DNA of 64,000 bases from Alphaproteobacteria bacterium. Its GTDB lineage: Bacteria > Pseudomonadota > Alphaproteobacteria > JAJTHO01 > CANGYM01. Each line of letters begins with the position of its first letter. Position 1 is the first letter of the stretch. The position numbers were made by a program, and so were the translations under genes. Positions 26,664-38,686 of the stretch are shown in pieces. The notes beneath the pieces were generated by a model. That model had not been told where the DNA came from, did no database searches, and saw only the letters and a list, made by a program, of their open reading frames with translations. The DNA lies in NCBI GenBank assembly GCA_044375675.1, contig JBILMD010000002.1:105104-169103 (forward strand), read 5' to 3'.

Positions 26664-28592
26664 TTAAGCGGGTTTTGGCCGCAGCGGGGGGCGTGTTTTT
26701 TGGGGCTGGCTTTCTGATGTGGGGACGGATGTTTTTGATGTGGATTTTTTATGGGCTTTTTGGGAAGAGGTTTCTTCGCGCACCAAGGTGCCCCCATCCA
26801 AAAGCGTTTTGATTTCGTCACCACTGAGGGTTTCATATTCCAAAAGGGCCTGCGCCAAACGTTCCAGTTGATCGGCGTGTTCCGTTAAAAGGGTTTCCGC
26901 GCGTTGATAGGCGCGGTCCACAATCAAGCGGATTTCCGTGTCCACGATTTCTGCCGTGGCATCGGACATATTTTTGGTTTGGGTGACAGAGTGCCCCAAA
27001 AAGACCTCTTGCTGGTCGGCGCCGTAGTGAAGGGGGCCTAATTTTTTGCTCATCCCCCATTCCGTGACCATGCGGCGGGCGATGTTGGTGGCCATTTGAA
27101 TGTCGCCGGAGGCCCCTGTGGTGACCATCTGTTTGCCGAAAATCATGGCCTCGGCAATGCGCCCGCCCATGGCCACGGCCAGATCATCCTCTAATTTGGC
27201 TTTGGGCATAGAGTAACGGTCCCCCTCAGGCAGACGCATGACCATCCCGAGGGCGCGTCCCCTTGGGATAATGGTGGCCTTATGAATGGGATCGGAATGG
27301 GGACAATGCAGGGCCACGATGGCGTGGCCGGCTTCGTGATAGGCCGTGAGTTTTTTTTCAGATTCGCTCATGGCCATGGACCGACGCTCGGCGCCCATCA
27401 TGACTTTATCTTTGGCCTCTTCCAATTCCTGCATGCCCACGGCTGTTTTGTTTTTACGTGCGGCCAGCAGAGCCGCTTCGTTGACAAGGTTGGCCAGATC
27501 CGCACCGGAAAATCCGGGCGTCCCGCGGGCGATGATGCGGGCTTCAACCCCTTCGGCCAGGGGGACTTTTTTTAAATGAACGCGCAAAATTTTCTCGCGC
27601 CCCATGACGTCAGGATTGGGGACCACCACTTGGCGGTCGAAACGGCCCGGGCGAAGCAGGGCAGGATCCAAAACATCAGGGCGGTTGGTGGCGGCAATCA
27701 AAATCACGCCTTCGGTGCCCTCGAAGCCATCCATTTCCACCAACAGCTGGTTTAGAGTTTGCTCGCGCTCATCATTTCCCCCGCCCAGCCCTGCGCCGCG
27801 GTGACGGCCTACGGCGTCAATTTCGTCAATGAAAATGATACAGGGGGCATTTTTCCGGCCTTGCTCGAACATATCCCGAACGCGGCTGGCGCCCACACCC
27901 ACGAACATCTCAACAAAGTCGGATCCTGATATGGTGAAAAACGGCACACCCGCTTCCCCCGCAATGGCGCGGGCCAGCAAGGTTTTCCCTGTGCCTGGGG
28001 GGCCCACCAGCAAAACCCCCTTGGGGATTTTTCCGCCCAAGCGTTGGAATTTTTGGGGGTCTTTTAAAAAATCGACGACTTCCTCTAACTCTTGCTTGGC
28101 TTCATCAATGCCGGCGACATCCTCAAAAGTGATTTTGGTGGTTTTTTCTGTCAACATCTTGGCGCGGGATTTGCCAAAGCCCATGGCTTTACCGCTGCTT
28201 TGCTGCATCTGGCGCAAAAAAAACAGCCAAATCCCAATAAAAATCAACCACGGCAGGGCTCCGATGATCATCCCCAAAAGAGACGTTTTCCCTGGTTCCT
28301 CTGGCGTGGCACTGACGCGGACTTTGGCCTCCTCCAGCCGGTCCATCAATTTAAAATCCCCTGGGTTATAGGTGATAAATGGGGCTTGGTTTTGATTGCG
28401 ACGCACGGCGGTGATTTGCTGGCCCTGAACCGTGACCTGCTCAATTTGCCCCTGAGAGAGCAGCTGCGTAAATTCTGAATAATCCATCACAGGAGTTTTG
28501 GGGGCGCGGGACTCTTGAAAACTGCCAAAAATGGCAAAAACAACCAGCGCAACAACAACCCAGATGGCAATGTTTTTAAAAAGATTTGGCAT
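26664..28592 (-). CDS. ftsH: ATP-dependent zinc metalloprotease FtsH
   Basis: Two N-terminal TM helices, AAA Walker A GPPGTGKT and Walker [13 protein letters not shown] region, and the zinc HEAGH motif. Confidence 0.95.
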   Translation of the reverse strand: MPNLFKNIAIWVVVALVVFAIFGSFQESRAPKTPVMDYSEFTQLLSQGQIEQVTVQGQQITAVRRNQNQAPFITYNPGDFKLMDRLEEAKVRVSATPEEPGKTSLLGMIIGALPWLIFIGIWLFFLRQMQQSSGKAMGFGKSRAKMLTEKTTKITFEDVAGIDEAKQELEEVVDFLKDPQKFQRLGGKIPKGVLLVGPPGTGKTLLARAIAGEAGVPFFTISGSDFVEMFVGVGASRVRDMFEQGRKNAPCIIFIDEIDAVGRHRGAGLGGGNDEREQTLNQLLVEMDGFEGTEGVILIAATNRPDVLDPALLRPGRFDRQVVVPNPDVMGREKILRVHLKKVPLAEGVEARIIARGTPGFSGADLANLVNEAALLAARKNKTAVGMQELEEAKDKVMMGAERRSMAMSESEKKLTAYHEAGHAIVALHCPHSDPIHKATIIPRGRALGMVMRLPEGDRYSMPKAKLEDDLAVAMGGRIAEAMIFGKQMVTTGASGDIQMATNIARRMVTEWGMSKKLGPLHYGADQQEVFLGHSVTQTKNMSDATAEIVDTEIRLIVDRAYQRAETLLTEHADQLERLAQALLEYETLSGDEIKTLLDGGTLVREETSSQKAHKKSTSKTSVPTSESQPQKTRPPLRPKPA

Positions 28593-28687
28593 AAGACTCT
28601 TTCTTGGAAAAGGGATGCAGCACCATAACCATCATGCCCTATAGACCTTAAGTATAAGTATCCGGACCTGAGATTTCAAGGTGCCTG

Positions 28688-29824
28688 TCACAGTCGCCCA
28701 CGAAAGGCGTCGTAGCCAAAAGTTTTAACAACCTCATAGTGTCCATTCTCATGCAGGGTGGCAAAATCGGGTAGGGGGGTGCCATTAAAAACGGTGCTTT
28801 TGACAAAAGTGTAATGCAAAGCATCCGTGAACAGGATTTTATCCCCTTTTTTCAAAGGATCCGCAAAGCTGTACGTGCCAAAAATATCCCCTGTCATGCA
28901 GGTGTTGCCGGCTAGGATATAGTCATGGGGATGCTCCCCCTCCAAACCAGCCCCCACCACGAGGGCGCGATAGCCGGCCTCGATCACATCAGGATGATGA
29001 CAACTGGCAGAGGCATCCAATATGGCAATGGGCATGCCGTTATGATGCACATCCAAAACGGTGGCCACCAGATATCCCCCGTTGTAGACAATCCCGCCCC
29101 CTGGTTCCAAAAGAACCGAAACATCGTGTTTATCCTGAAAACGGTTGATGGCATCCATAAGGGCAGAAAGGTCATAGTCCGGATGATTTAAAAGATGCCC
29201 CCCCCCAAAATTGACGGTTTTGACGAATTTCAGATAGGGGGCAAAGGTTTCCGAAACATGCTGAATTAACCCCATGGACCCATCATGACGGGATTCGCAC
29301 AGGGCATGGACATGAAAAATATCCACCCCATCCCAGTTGACATCCCCCAGCTGATCCGCCGGCGTTCCAAAACGGGAATGGGGGGCGCAGGGATTGTAAA
29401 GATCCCCCCCCACGGTGCTGAGGCTATACCCCGGATTCACCCGCAGGCCAATAGGTTTGCCCGCCCCGATGTGGGGGCGAAAATGGTTCAACTGGGCAGG
29501 GGAATTAAAATAAATATGATCGGTGTAGCCTAGGATTTCCGGTATATCCTGATCTCTAAAGGCCGGCGCATAAACGTGGACCTGTTTTCCGAAGGTTTCA
29601 TGGCCCAAGCGGGCCTCGTAAAGGCCGCTGGCCGTTGTGCCATCCAGAACCTCTGCCAGCAGGGGAAACAGATCCACACGGGCAAAGGCCTTGGTGGCCA
29701 GCAAGACCTGACAGCCGGTTTTTTCTTTTACATGGGCGATGCGATCCAGATTGCGCCTGAGTGCCGATACATCGGCAACATAGGCAGGCGTATTGATGGA
29801 TTCATACCAAGGTTGGTTGGGCAT
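28688..29824 (-). CDS. nspC: Carboxynorspermidine/carboxyspermidine decarboxylase
   Basis: 378 aa, PLP-fold decarboxylase with the characteristic CANSDC N-terminus (PAYVADVSALRRNLDRI...LLATKAF). Confidence 0.85.
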   Translation of the reverse strand: MPNQPWYESINTPAYVADVSALRRNLDRIAHVKEKTGCQVLLATKAFARVDLFPLLAEVLDGTTASGLYEARLGHETFGKQVHVYAPAFRDQDIPEILGYTDHIYFNSPAQLNHFRPHIGAGKPIGLRVNPGYSLSTVGGDLYNPCAPHSRFGTPADQLGDVNWDGVDIFHVHALCESRHDGSMGLIQHVSETFAPYLKFVKTVNFGGGHLLNHPDYDLSALMDAINRFQDKHDVSVLLEPGGGIVYNGGYLVATVLDVHHNGMPIAILDASASCHHPDVIEAGYRALVVGAGLEGEHPHDYILAGNTCMTGDIFGTYSFADPLKKGDKILFTDALHYTFVKSTVFNGTPLPDFATLHENGHYEVVKTFGYDAFRGRL

Positions 29825-31038
29825 TAAGGCAACAGCCCCAAAGGTTGGGCCCCCTCAATGTCCCGCACGTGCCACGGCAGGCCCTGACGGGCAAGCTCTT
29901 TTAAGAAGGGCTCCGCTGGCAATTGCTCGACGTTAAAGACCCCCTTGCCCTGCCATTGCCCAGAAAACAGCATCATGGCGCCAACAACGGGGGGGACCCC
30001 TGTGGTGTAGGAAACGGCCTGCGCTTTGACCTCTTGGAAAGAGGCCGCATGGTCGCAAATGTTGTAAATGACAATGGTTTTGGGCTTGCCGTCTTTGTGT
30101 CCCTGAATGACGCATCCGATGGAGGTTTTGCCCGTATAGTTTTCCGCCAACGACGACGGGGCCGGCAAAAGGTGTTTCAAAAACTGAATGGGCACAATGG
30201 GCATGCCGTTATACATCACCGGATCAATACGGGTTAGCCCCACGTTCTGCAGGACCTCCATATGTTTGATATAGTTATCCGAAAACGTCATCCAGAAACG
30301 AATTTGTTTTAGGCCCGGGATGTTTTGAACCAAGGATTCTTCTTCTTCGTGATAGATCAAATAGGATTTTCGGGGGCCGACCTCAGGATAATCAATCATG
30401 CAGGCAATGCTGACGGGATCAACATCGATCCACTGTCCGTCTTTCCAGTATTTGCCGCGCTGGGTGACTTCCCGCAGGTTGATTTCCGGATTGAAATTGG
30501 TGGCAAAGGCTTTGCCGTGGTTTCCATCATTGCAATCAATGATATCAATGCCTTCAATGGTATCAAACAGATGGTCGCGTGCGTAGGCACAAAACACGTT
30601 GGTGACACCCGGATCAAAGCCGCAGCCTAAAATGGCCATCAGCCCTTTTTCTTTAAAGCGTTCCTGATAGGCCCATTGCCAGTGATAGGCGAACTTGGCC
30701 TCTTCGCGGGGTTCATAGTTGGCGGTGTCCATATAATGCACGCCGGTGGCCAAACAGGCATCCATCAGGGTTAAATCCTGATAGGGCAGGGCCATGTTGA
30801 TCAGCAAATCTGGCTTTTGTTTTTCAATCAGCGCAATAACCTGCGCCGTATCATCGCCGTCAACCTCAGAAACGGTGATGGGGGATGCACAGTCTTTCTG
30901 GACAGCCAGACAACTTTCTAGTCGGCGAGAGGCCAAATGGATGCTCTTAAAAACATCCGTATTCATGGCGCATTTTTTGGCCACAACGGATCCCGCCGCG
31001 CCTGCACCGATGATCAAAACACGACCCATGGCGTTCAT
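29824..31038 (-). CDS. Carboxynorspermidine synthase/dehydrogenase (saccharopine dehydrogenase family)
   Basis: N-terminal Rossmann motif (VLIIGAGAAGSVVA) and ~400 aa length. Start overlaps the nspC stop, indicating an operon. Confidence 0.85.
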   Translation of the reverse strand: MNAMGRVLIIGAGAAGSVVAKKCAMNTDVFKSIHLASRRLESCLAVQKDCASPITVSEVDGDDTAQVIALIEKQKPDLLINMALPYQDLTLMDACLATGVHYMDTANYEPREEAKFAYHWQWAYQERFKEKGLMAILGCGFDPGVTNVFCAYARDHLFDTIEGIDIIDCNDGNHGKAFATNFNPEINLREVTQRGKYWKDGQWIDVDPVSIACMIDYPEVGPRKSYLIYHEEEESLVQNIPGLKQIRFWMTFSDNYIKHMEVLQNVGLTRIDPVMYNGMPIVPIQFLKHLLPAPSSLAENYTGKTSIGCVIQGHKDGKPKTIVIYNICDHAASFQEVKAQAVSYTTGVPPVVGAMMLFSGQWQGKGVFNVEQLPAEPFLKELARQGLPWHVRDIEGAQPLGLLP

Positions 31039-31133
31039 TTTGTCCTCTATCCTTGGTGTTCATTAAGCAGGGAGCAATTTAAGGCATAAGCCCCAAAAAA
31101 CCAAAAGGTTATTTTGGGGCGATTAAAAAGGCC

Positions 31134-32006
31134 TTATCGTGTCGGAACAGGAACTTCACCGCTGTAATCGTAAAAACCTTTGCCTTTTTTGCGGCCCAGC
31201 CATCCGGCCTCAACATATTTGGCCAGCAGGGGGCAGGGGCGGTATTTCCCATCGCCCAACCCTTCGTGCAGGACGTGCATAATGGCATAGCAGGTGTCCA
31301 GACCGATAAAATCCGCCAGCTCAAAAGGTCCCATGGGGTGATTGGCCCCCAGTTTCATGGCCAGATCAATGGATGTGATATCCCCAACGCCTTCGTGCAG
31401 GGCGTAAACGGCCTCGTTAATCATGGGCAGCAGGACACGGTTGACGATAAAGGCGGGAAAATCTTTGGATAGCGCCACCTGTTTTCCCATGTTTTGGGCG
31501 ATCAAGCGGACGGTTTCGTAACACTCATCGGATGTGGCAATCCCCCGAATGATTTCCACCAGTTTCATCACCGGTACGGGGTTCATGAAATGCATGCCGA
31601 TAAAACGTTCCGGCCGGTCGGTGACAGAGGCAAGGCGCGTGATGGATAGCGACGATGTGTTGGTGGCCAGAATCGCATCGGGATTCAGGTTGGGCACCAG
31701 ACGTTCAAAAATGCTTTTTTTCAGGTCTTCCCGTTCTGTTGCGGCCTCAATCACAAAATCGCATTCCACAAAGGCAGCATAATCCGTGGTTGTGGTGATG
31801 CGCGAAAGGGCTTCATCGCGAAGGGATTCCGTAATCAGGCCCTTTTTAACCTGACGATCCATGTTTTTGCCAATGCCGTCTATGGCCTTTTGCAAAACAT
31901 CTTCGGAAATATCCAGCAGGGTCAGATCATAACCGCTCAGCGCTGCCACGTGGGCAATCCCGCTGCCCATTTGTCCCGCACCAATAACACCCATAGCCAT
32001 TTTCAT
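31134..32006 (-). CDS. hbd: 3-hydroxybutyryl-CoA dehydrogenase (3-hydroxyacyl-CoA dehydrogenase family)
   Basis: NAD-binding [13 protein letters not shown] and the 3HCDH C-terminal domain. Confidence 0.85.
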   Translation of the reverse strand: MKMAMGVIGAGQMGSGIAHVAALSGYDLTLLDISEDVLQKAIDGIGKNMDRQVKKGLITESLRDEALSRITTTTDYAAFVECDFVIEAATEREDLKKSIFERLVPNLNPDAILATNTSSLSITRLASVTDRPERFIGMHFMNPVPVMKLVEIIRGIATSDECYETVRLIAQNMGKQVALSKDFPAFIVNRVLLPMINEAVYALHEGVGDITSIDLAMKLGANHPMGPFELADFIGLDTCYAIMHVLHEGLGDGKYRPCPLLAKYVEAGWLGRKKGKGFYDYSGEVPVPTR

Positions 32007-32174
32007 AAAAAACTCTCAAGATCGTGTTTTTTTCAAACTCTCTTATTTATACACAAAGGATTACCAAAGTCTGTATCTTTTGGAAATAGTACAAATATCC
32101 TTTGCGCCTGCCAAAGAGTATGGTATCCCTTGGGTTATCATTTTTTGGCAACAAACAGGACTCAGGGATTTTTT

Positions 32175-32723
32175 ATGAACGTTCGTATTGCTTTGACCAA
32201 GACGCTTTTTTTGTCGGGGGTTTTGGCCTCCTCTTTGGCCTTAACAGCCTGTGAAACCACACAATCAGGATCATCCCAAACAGGTCCTGTCACCTCTTCT
32301 GCTGCGGATTTCAGCAGCGTTGCCGCCTATCCCAAACCCACGGTGACCCATGTTTATAACGCCCAGTTTGATGTGAACCCTCAGGCCAGCGCGAAACAGC
32401 GTCGCCTGTATGTGGATTTGATCAACATTTCCAACGGCAAAGACGGTTATGCCCCCCGTTACTATGTTGTCACCGCAGGGCAGGATGATGTGACCTTGGT
32501 GGCTGTGGCCGCCCAGAAAAAATATCTGGAAAACATTTATCAGGCGCGCGCCGGATTGCACCGTTTTGGGGCCAGTGCCCGTTTGTTGCCCTTGATTCAG
32601 GGCCATAAAGAAGCCGGCGATTACAACACGCTGGATCTTCTTTACCACTTGGGCTTTCAGCGTTTGGTGATGACCAACGGCAGTGATTTCACGTATCGCA
32701 TCGACCTGCAAAAAAAATCTTAG
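32175..32723 (+). CDS. Hypothetical lipoprotein
   Basis: Lipobox (LALTAC) after an N-terminal signal sequence. No recognisable domain. Confidence 0.5.
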   Translation: MNVRIALTKTLFLSGVLASSLALTACETTQSGSSQTGPVTSSAADFSSVAAYPKPTVTHVYNAQFDVNPQASAKQRRLYVDLINISNGKDGYAPRYYVVTAGQDDVTLVAVAAQKKYLENIYQARAGLHRFGASARLLPLIQGHKEAGDYNTLDLLYHLGFQRLVMTNGSDFTYRIDLQKKS

Positions 32724-32772
32724 GATTGTTGTTGGGATCATTCTGTAACGCAATGAAAGACAGGGGGCCTTT

Positions 32773-33285
32773 GTGCTGAACGTTCGTGATTATGTGACAG
32801 AGGTTCTCAATTTTCCCAAGCGTGGGGTGACATTTTACGATATTTCAGGGATTTTGGCCAATCCTGAGGCTTGGGCCTATACCATTGACAGTCTGGCAGA
32901 GGCCATTGCCCCCCATCGCCCCAAGATGTTGGCGGGTATTGAATCACGGGGCTTTTTGCTGGCGGCCCCTTTGGCGTACAAACTGGGCTGTGGCTTTGTT
33001 TTGATTCGCAAGCGCGGCCGCCTGCCTGGGCGCACCATTTCTTACACGTACAGTTTAGAATATGGGGCGGATACTTTGGAAATTCAATCTGGTCGCGTTA
33101 CGGCCGGTGACACTGTTGTGGCCGTGGATGACATTTTGGCCACGGGGGGCACCCTTTCCGCCAGCATCAAACTGCTGCGTCAATGCGGCGCCCATGTCCC
33201 CATGGCAGCGGGGATTATGGAACTTTCCGATTTGGGTGGACGCGAAAAAATCGGTCTTCCTTTTCATGCCTTGATGGTGATTTAG
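32773..33285 (+). CDS. apt: Adenine phosphoribosyltransferase
   Basis: PRPP-binding motif VVAVDDILATGGT and 170 aa length. Confidence 0.9.
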   Translation: MLNVRDYVTEVLNFPKRGVTFYDISGILANPEAWAYTIDSLAEAIAPHRPKMLAGIESRGFLLAAPLAYKLGCGFVLIRKRGRLPGRTISYTYSLEYGADTLEIQSGRVTAGDTVVAVDDILATGGTLSASIKLLRQCGAHVPMAAGIMELSDLGGREKIGLPFHALMVI

Positions 33286-33307
33286 GGCGTGCAGCCCTGA
33301 AGTGGGT

Positions 33308-33332
33308 GGGGGAAGCACATTCCCCTTTTTTT
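33308..33332 (+). terminator. Rho-independent terminator after apt
   Basis: GGGGAAGCACATTCCCC hairpin followed by T7. Confidence 0.6.
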
Positions 33333-33395
33333 GCCCTGTTTTTTGATGTCATGTTTTTTGATGCTGTGGGTTTGTTTTTTTGCTATAGGTCCTTA

Positions 33396-33801
<406 letters not shown>

Positions 33802-33939
33802 TGACTGATGGGGGGTGTGCCATCGGTCGTTGGAAAGGATTGGGCCGTAAAAAAATGGCCCTTTCTCTTGAAGTTATGGGGATATTTTGTATATAGTGAT
33901 CCTCCCTTAAAAAAAACCACTACGAAAGATTCAGACATC

Positions 33940-35340
33940 ATGACAGCCAAAACCCTGTTTCAAAAAATTTGGGATGATCACCTGGTGGAGCGCACGGGGG
34001 AGGCGTGTTTGCTGTATATCGACCGTCATTTGATTCACGAGGTAACCAGCCCCCAAGCGTTCGAGGGTTTGCGTCAGGCCAAACGGGGCGTGCGTCACCC
34101 TGAAATGACGCTGGCGGTGGCGGATCATAACGTTCCCACAGAAAATCGCGCCGCGGGGATTGCCGATGTGGAATCCCGATTGCAGGTGGATACGCTGGAG
34201 AAAAATTGTCATGATTTTGGTGTGACCTACTATCCGCTGGATGATGTGCGTCAGGGGATTGTGCATGTGGTGGGCCCTGAACAGGGGTTGACGTTGCCAG
34301 GATCAACCATTGTTTGCGGGGATTCCCATACCTCAACGCATGGGGCCTTTGGGGCGCTGGCGTTTGGTATTGGCACATCTGAGGTTGAGCATGTTCTGGC
34401 TACGCAAACCCTGATCCAGCGTCCGGCAAAATCCATGCGCGTGACGGTCACGGGCACCTTGAAGGCCGGTGTGGGTCCCAAGGATATTATTCTGGCCATT
34501 ATTGCCAAAATCGGCACAGCAGGGGGCACGGGTTATGTGATTGAATATGCGGGTGATGCCATCACGTCTCTTTCCATGGAAGGCCGCATGACCATCTGCA
34601 ATATGTCCATCGAGGCAGGAGCCCGCGCCGGCATGATTGCGCCGGATGAGGTGACATTTGACTATCTGCGGGGTCGTCCTTTGGCCCCCAAGGGCGCCGT
34701 GTGGGAGCAAGCCGTGTCCTATTGGAAGACACTCAAAACCGATGACGGCGCGATCTTTGATAAAGAGGTTGTCATCGACGGCGCGTCTCTTGAACCCTTT
34801 GTGACGTGGGGCACCAGTCCAGAGGATGCCTTGCCCATCACAGGCCGTGTCCCCACGCTGGATCAGGCCCGAAACGATGCCCACCGTCAGTCGCTGGAAA
34901 GAACACTGGCCTATATGGGCCTGAAAGGTGGGGAAGCCATCACCGATATTGCCATTGATACGGTCTTTATTGGATCGTGCACCAATTCCAGAATCGAAGA
35001 TTTGCGTGATGTGGCCCGTTTGGTTCAGGGCAAAAAGGTTAAGGCAGGACTTCGGGCCATGATCGTCCCGGGTTCAGGGTTGGTGCGAGAGCATGCCGAA
35101 GCCGAAGGTCTGGATCAGATTTTTAAAGACGCTGGCTTTGACTGGCGGGAACCAGGATGTTCCATGTGTCTGGCCATGAATGCGGATCGGTTGAGCCCTA
35201 AGGAGCGCTGCGCCTCAACATCAAATCGGAATTTTGAGGGACGGCAGGGCAGGGAAGGGCGCACTCATCTCATGAGTCCCATCATGGCCGCTTCAGCCGC
35301 TTTGACAGGGCACCTGACGGATGTGCGGAGTTTCCTATAG
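33940..35340 (+). CDS. leuC: 3-isopropylmalate dehydratase large subunit
   Basis: Aconitase-family Fe-S ligands (CGDSHT, GSCTNS, CSMCLAM) and 466 aa length. Confidence 0.95.
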   Translation: MTAKTLFQKIWDDHLVERTGEACLLYIDRHLIHEVTSPQAFEGLRQAKRGVRHPEMTLAVADHNVPTENRAAGIADVESRLQVDTLEKNCHDFGVTYYPLDDVRQGIVHVVGPEQGLTLPGSTIVCGDSHTSTHGAFGALAFGIGTSEVEHVLATQTLIQRPAKSMRVTVTGTLKAGVGPKDIILAIIAKIGTAGGTGYVIEYAGDAITSLSMEGRMTICNMSIEAGARAGMIAPDEVTFDYLRGRPLAPKGAVWEQAVSYWKTLKTDDGAIFDKEVVIDGASLEPFVTWGTSPEDALPITGRVPTLDQARNDAHRQSLERTLAYMGLKGGEAITDIAIDTVFIGSCTNSRIEDLRDVARLVQGKKVKAGLRAMIVPGSGLVREHAEAEGLDQIFKDAGFDWREPGCSMCLAMNADRLSPKERCASTSNRNFEGRQGREGRTHLMSPIMAASAALTGHLTDVRSFL

Positions 35341-36497
35341 TGGGTTTGCCGCCGCTGGCTTTGTACATTCACTGGCCGTTTTGCGCCAAAAAATGCCCGT
35401 ACTGCGATTATAACAGCTATGCTGTGGGCTGGCATGCTCACGAGGCTGCCCTTTGGGGCAAGGCCTATATCCGCGCACTGGAAACCTTGGTCAGCGAGTA
35501 TTCTCAGCATCGCTTAGATACCGTTTTTTTCGGGGGCGGAACGCCATCCCAAATGCCGCTGTCGGTTTTGGAATCCCTTTTATCCGCCATTCATGATGTG
35601 TTTCCCGCGCGGGCGGATGCCGTGGAAATGACGTTGGAGGCCAATCCCCGCGATATCAGCAAAGCATTACTAAAAAGCTATTATAGTTTAGGAATCAACA
35701 GGATATCGCTGGGTGTTCAATCTTTTGATGATGATGAATTGATGTTTTTGGGGCGGGATCACAATGCCAAGGTCGCCAGAGACGCACTGGATGCGGTGGC
35801 CACGGTGTTTGATCGTTATTCGATAGATCTGATGTATGGTTTGCCCCATCATACTCCGGCGCTATGGGAAGGGCGACTTGAGGACGCTTTATCCCTAGGC
35901 ACCCGTCACCTTTCGCTCTATCAACTCACCATTGAACCGGAAACAGGGTTTTATCGTCCATTTCAGCGTGGTGACTATAAATTACCAGAAAACAGTGTAT
36001 TGGCAGATTTATTTAATACAACACATGAATTTTGTGCGGACAGAGGATTGTTGGGATATGAAATTTCCAGCTTTGCGGTTTCGGGTCAGGAATGTCGGCA
36101 CAATCTTCATTATTGGCATTATAATAGTTATTTTGGGATCGGCCCGGGAAGCCATGGCCGCGTGCATCACAATGGGCAGACCCACGCGCTGGCCAGCATG
36201 AAAAATCCGGCGGCGTGGCGGGAGGGGGTTCTCAATGAAGGGATAGGGGTGGTTGAAAAAACCCCGCTGACCCCCCCTGAGGCTGCGCTGGAGCGTTTGT
36301 ATATGGGACTACGTCTGCGTGACGGCCTAAACCGCTCCGTTTTTCAGGATTTGCAAAACGGGGGCCATATTGATCTGGCGGCTTATCAGGCGTTATGCGC
36401 CCAAGGTCTGATGGCTGAAGGTGGAAAAACGGTCTTTTTGACAGAAAAGGGCCGCCTGCGTTTGGATGGGGTGGTGGTGGATTTGCTCAAAGCGTAG
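35340..36497 (+). CDS. hemW: Radical SAM heme chaperone HemW (coproporphyrinogen III oxidase-like)
   Basis: CxxxCxxC radical-SAM motif (HWPFCAKKCPYCDYNS) and the HemN C-terminal domain. Confidence 0.85.
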   Translation: MGLPPLALYIHWPFCAKKCPYCDYNSYAVGWHAHEAALWGKAYIRALETLVSEYSQHRLDTVFFGGGTPSQMPLSVLESLLSAIHDVFPARADAVEMTLEANPRDISKALLKSYYSLGINRISLGVQSFDDDELMFLGRDHNAKVARDALDAVATVFDRYSIDLMYGLPHHTPALWEGRLEDALSLGTRHLSLYQLTIEPETGFYRPFQRGDYKLPENSVLADLFNTTHEFCADRGLLGYEISSFAVSGQECRHNLHYWHYNSYFGIGPGSHGRVHHNGQTHALASMKNPAAWREGVLNEGIGVVEKTPLTPPEAALERLYMGLRLRDGLNRSVFQDLQNGGHIDLAAYQALCAQGLMAEGGKTVFLTEKGRLRLDGVVVDLLKA

Positions 36498-36535
36498 CTT
36501 TGTTTCATATTCGAAATGGTTTTTGGGTGCGTGTT

Positions 36536-37240
36536 TTACAAAACCCCACCCAACTGGCGAAATGACGTAAACTGGCTGCCCTTGGTGACAATAATATGGT
36601 CATGCAGTTTAATATGAACGGATTTCAGGGCGCGGTTGATATCTTCGGTATATTTGATATCGGCATGGGATGGGGTGGGATCCCCGCCAGGATGATTATG
36701 AACCATAATCACGGCACTGGCGGAGAGTTCCAGGGCCCGCTTCACAACCTCACGCGGGAAAATGGGCACACTGTTGACGGTGCCGCGTTGATGCACTTCA
36801 TCCCGAATGACGTGGTTTTTGTTGTTTAGGAAAATCAGGCGAAACTCTTCTTCGGTTTTATGCCCCATCACAGCGCGGCAATAATTCACAACATGGTCCC
36901 AGTGGGACAAAACGGGGGTTTCTTTCATCTCATGCTGTAGAACTTTGATGGATGCCACGTGGACAGCCCGCAGAATGCTTTGGGCGGCGGGCCCTATGCT
37001 TTTAAAGGATGAAAAATCTTCAGGCTTAGCCCGAATGACATCCGCAAAGCTGCCAAAATGGGCGATCAGGGATTTGGCCAGTGGCTTAATATCCGATCTA
37101 GGCAGGGCGGCGAACAGCAGCAGTTCCAAAAGCTCATAATCGGCCATCCCCTGACCATCGGTATCCAGAAAACGTTGGCGCAGGCGTTGCCGGTGGCCGT
37201 GGTAATGGGGGGCAGGGGATTCTGTATCTGGCATGAACAA
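36536..37240 (-). CDS. radC: RadC-family JAB/MPN domain protein
   Basis: JAMM motif HNHPGGDPTPSHAD and 234 aa length. Confidence 0.8.
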   Translation of the reverse strand: MFMPDTESPAPHYHGHRQRLRQRFLDTDGQGMADYELLELLLFAALPRSDIKPLAKSLIAHFGSFADVIRAKPEDFSSFKSIGPAAQSILRAVHVASIKVLQHEMKETPVLSHWDHVVNYCRAVMGHKTEEEFRLIFLNNKNHVIRDEVHQRGTVNSVPIFPREVVKRALELSASAVIMVHNHPGGDPTPSHADIKYTEDINRALKSVHIKLHDHIIVTKGSQFTSFRQLGGVL

Positions 37241-37251
37241 TCCCGTGGTGG

Positions 37252-38547
37252 TTAAAAGGGTTCAACGCGCAGCAGTTTGGGATCATCACACAAAATGTCC
37301 AGAGCGCGAATTTCAGAAAGGGTTTTCTGAATGACAGATTCTTGGCATTCGTGGGTGGTTAAAATCAGGGGGACGATGCCTTGGTGATACTCGGCCTCGG
37401 GCTGTTTCAGACTGCGGATGGAAACGTCGTGATCGGCCAAAATCCGCGCGACATGAGACACCGCCCCTGCCACATCCCGCAGCATAAAGCGGACATAATA
37501 CCGGCAGGTATAGGTGTCCATGGATTCGGGTTTGGCCTGAATCAGATCCCTGACAGAGACTTTAAAGGGATAAACATGCCGATGATTGGCCAAATCAATC
37601 AGATCGGCCATAATGGCAGAGGCCGTGGGATCCCCACCCGCACCCCGTCCGGTGACCATGATTTCGCCCAAAAAATCCCCCTTAAACAAAACCCCGTTAA
37701 ACACATCATCCACGTGGGCCAAGGGAATGTGGTTCGGGATCAGGGCAGGGTAAACAGCCTGATGCAAAATGCCGCGATGGTAACGGGCTTTGGCAATCAG
37801 TTTAATGACGTATCCGATGTCTTCGGCGGCGGCAACATCGGCGGCGGATAGGCCGCGGATGCCCTCGACATAAAGGTTATTCACATCGGGCACAACGCCG
37901 TAAGCCATGCTGGACAGCAGGGCAAGTTTCTGGGCCGTATCAATGCCGTCAATATCAAAAGAGGGATCGGCTTCGGCGTAGCCGAGACGTTTGGCCTCTT
38001 CCAAAACATCCTCAAACGACGCGCCTGTTTTGGCCATGGTGGTTAGGATATAATTGCAGGTGCCATTTAAAATCCCATACAGGGATTCGATGGTGTTGGC
38101 ACTGGAGCCCTCCCGCAGCATTTTCAAAATGGGGATCCCGCCGGCCACGGCGGCTTCGTAGCATAGGCTCAGACCCTTGGTCTCAGCCTGCATCGCCAAG
38201 GCAACGCCGTGGTGGGCCATCATGGCCTTGTTGGCGGTCACAACAGATTTCCCGTTGGCCAGGGCAGTTTGGCAGACATCCAGCGCAATGCCGTTTTGTC
38301 CCCCCACCATTTCCACCACAACATCCACGCGAGGGTCTCTGGCCAAAGCCAAAGGATCATCATGCCACGTATAGGCAGAAACATCCGCATGGCGGTGCCG
38401 CGTTCGATCTCTGGCAGAAACAGCAATAATTTGAATGGGATGGTCGCAAATTTTTCGCAGCAAATCGGTTTGGGTTTGTAGGATGCTCACCACGCTGCAC
38501 CCGACAGTTCCCAAGCCGACTAAGCCCACACGAAGGGGGTTTTTCAT
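37252..38547 (-). CDS. hom: Homoserine dehydrogenase
   Basis: NAD-binding VGLVGLGTVG, the HSDH catalytic domain and a C-terminal ACT domain. Start chosen at MKNPLRVGL. Confidence 0.9.
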   Translation of the reverse strand: MKNPLRVGLVGLGTVGCSVVSILQTQTDLLRKICDHPIQIIAVSARDRTRHRHADVSAYTWHDDPLALARDPRVDVVVEMVGGQNGIALDVCQTALANGKSVVTANKAMMAHHGVALAMQAETKGLSLCYEAAVAGGIPILKMLREGSSANTIESLYGILNGTCNYILTTMAKTGASFEDVLEEAKRLGYAEADPSFDIDGIDTAQKLALLSSMAYGVVPDVNNLYVEGIRGLSAADVAAAEDIGYVIKLIAKARYHRGILHQAVYPALIPNHIPLAHVDDVFNGVLFKGDFLGEIMVTGRGAGGDPTASAIMADLIDLANHRHVYPFKVSVRDLIQAKPESMDTYTCRYYVRFMLRDVAGAVSHVARILADHDVSIRSLKQPEAEYHQGIVPLILTTHECQESVIQKTLSEIRALDILCDDPKLLRVEPF

Positions 38548-38628
38548 AAAGGGTTGCCTGAATTTCTCCTTGTCATGCCGTAGAAAAGCATTTTTTGGGG
38601 CAATTCGCAAGGCTGAGACGGCAGAACG

Positions 38629-38670
38629 CAAAACGCGCCCAAACATCAATTCAGATGGGGGCGCGTTTTG
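38629..38670 (-). terminator. Rho-independent terminator downstream of flgE
   Basis: AACGCGCCC...GGGCGCGTT hairpin with a flanking T-run on the minus strand. Confidence 0.5.
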
Positions 38671-38686
38671 GTCATTTTAGATGGGT

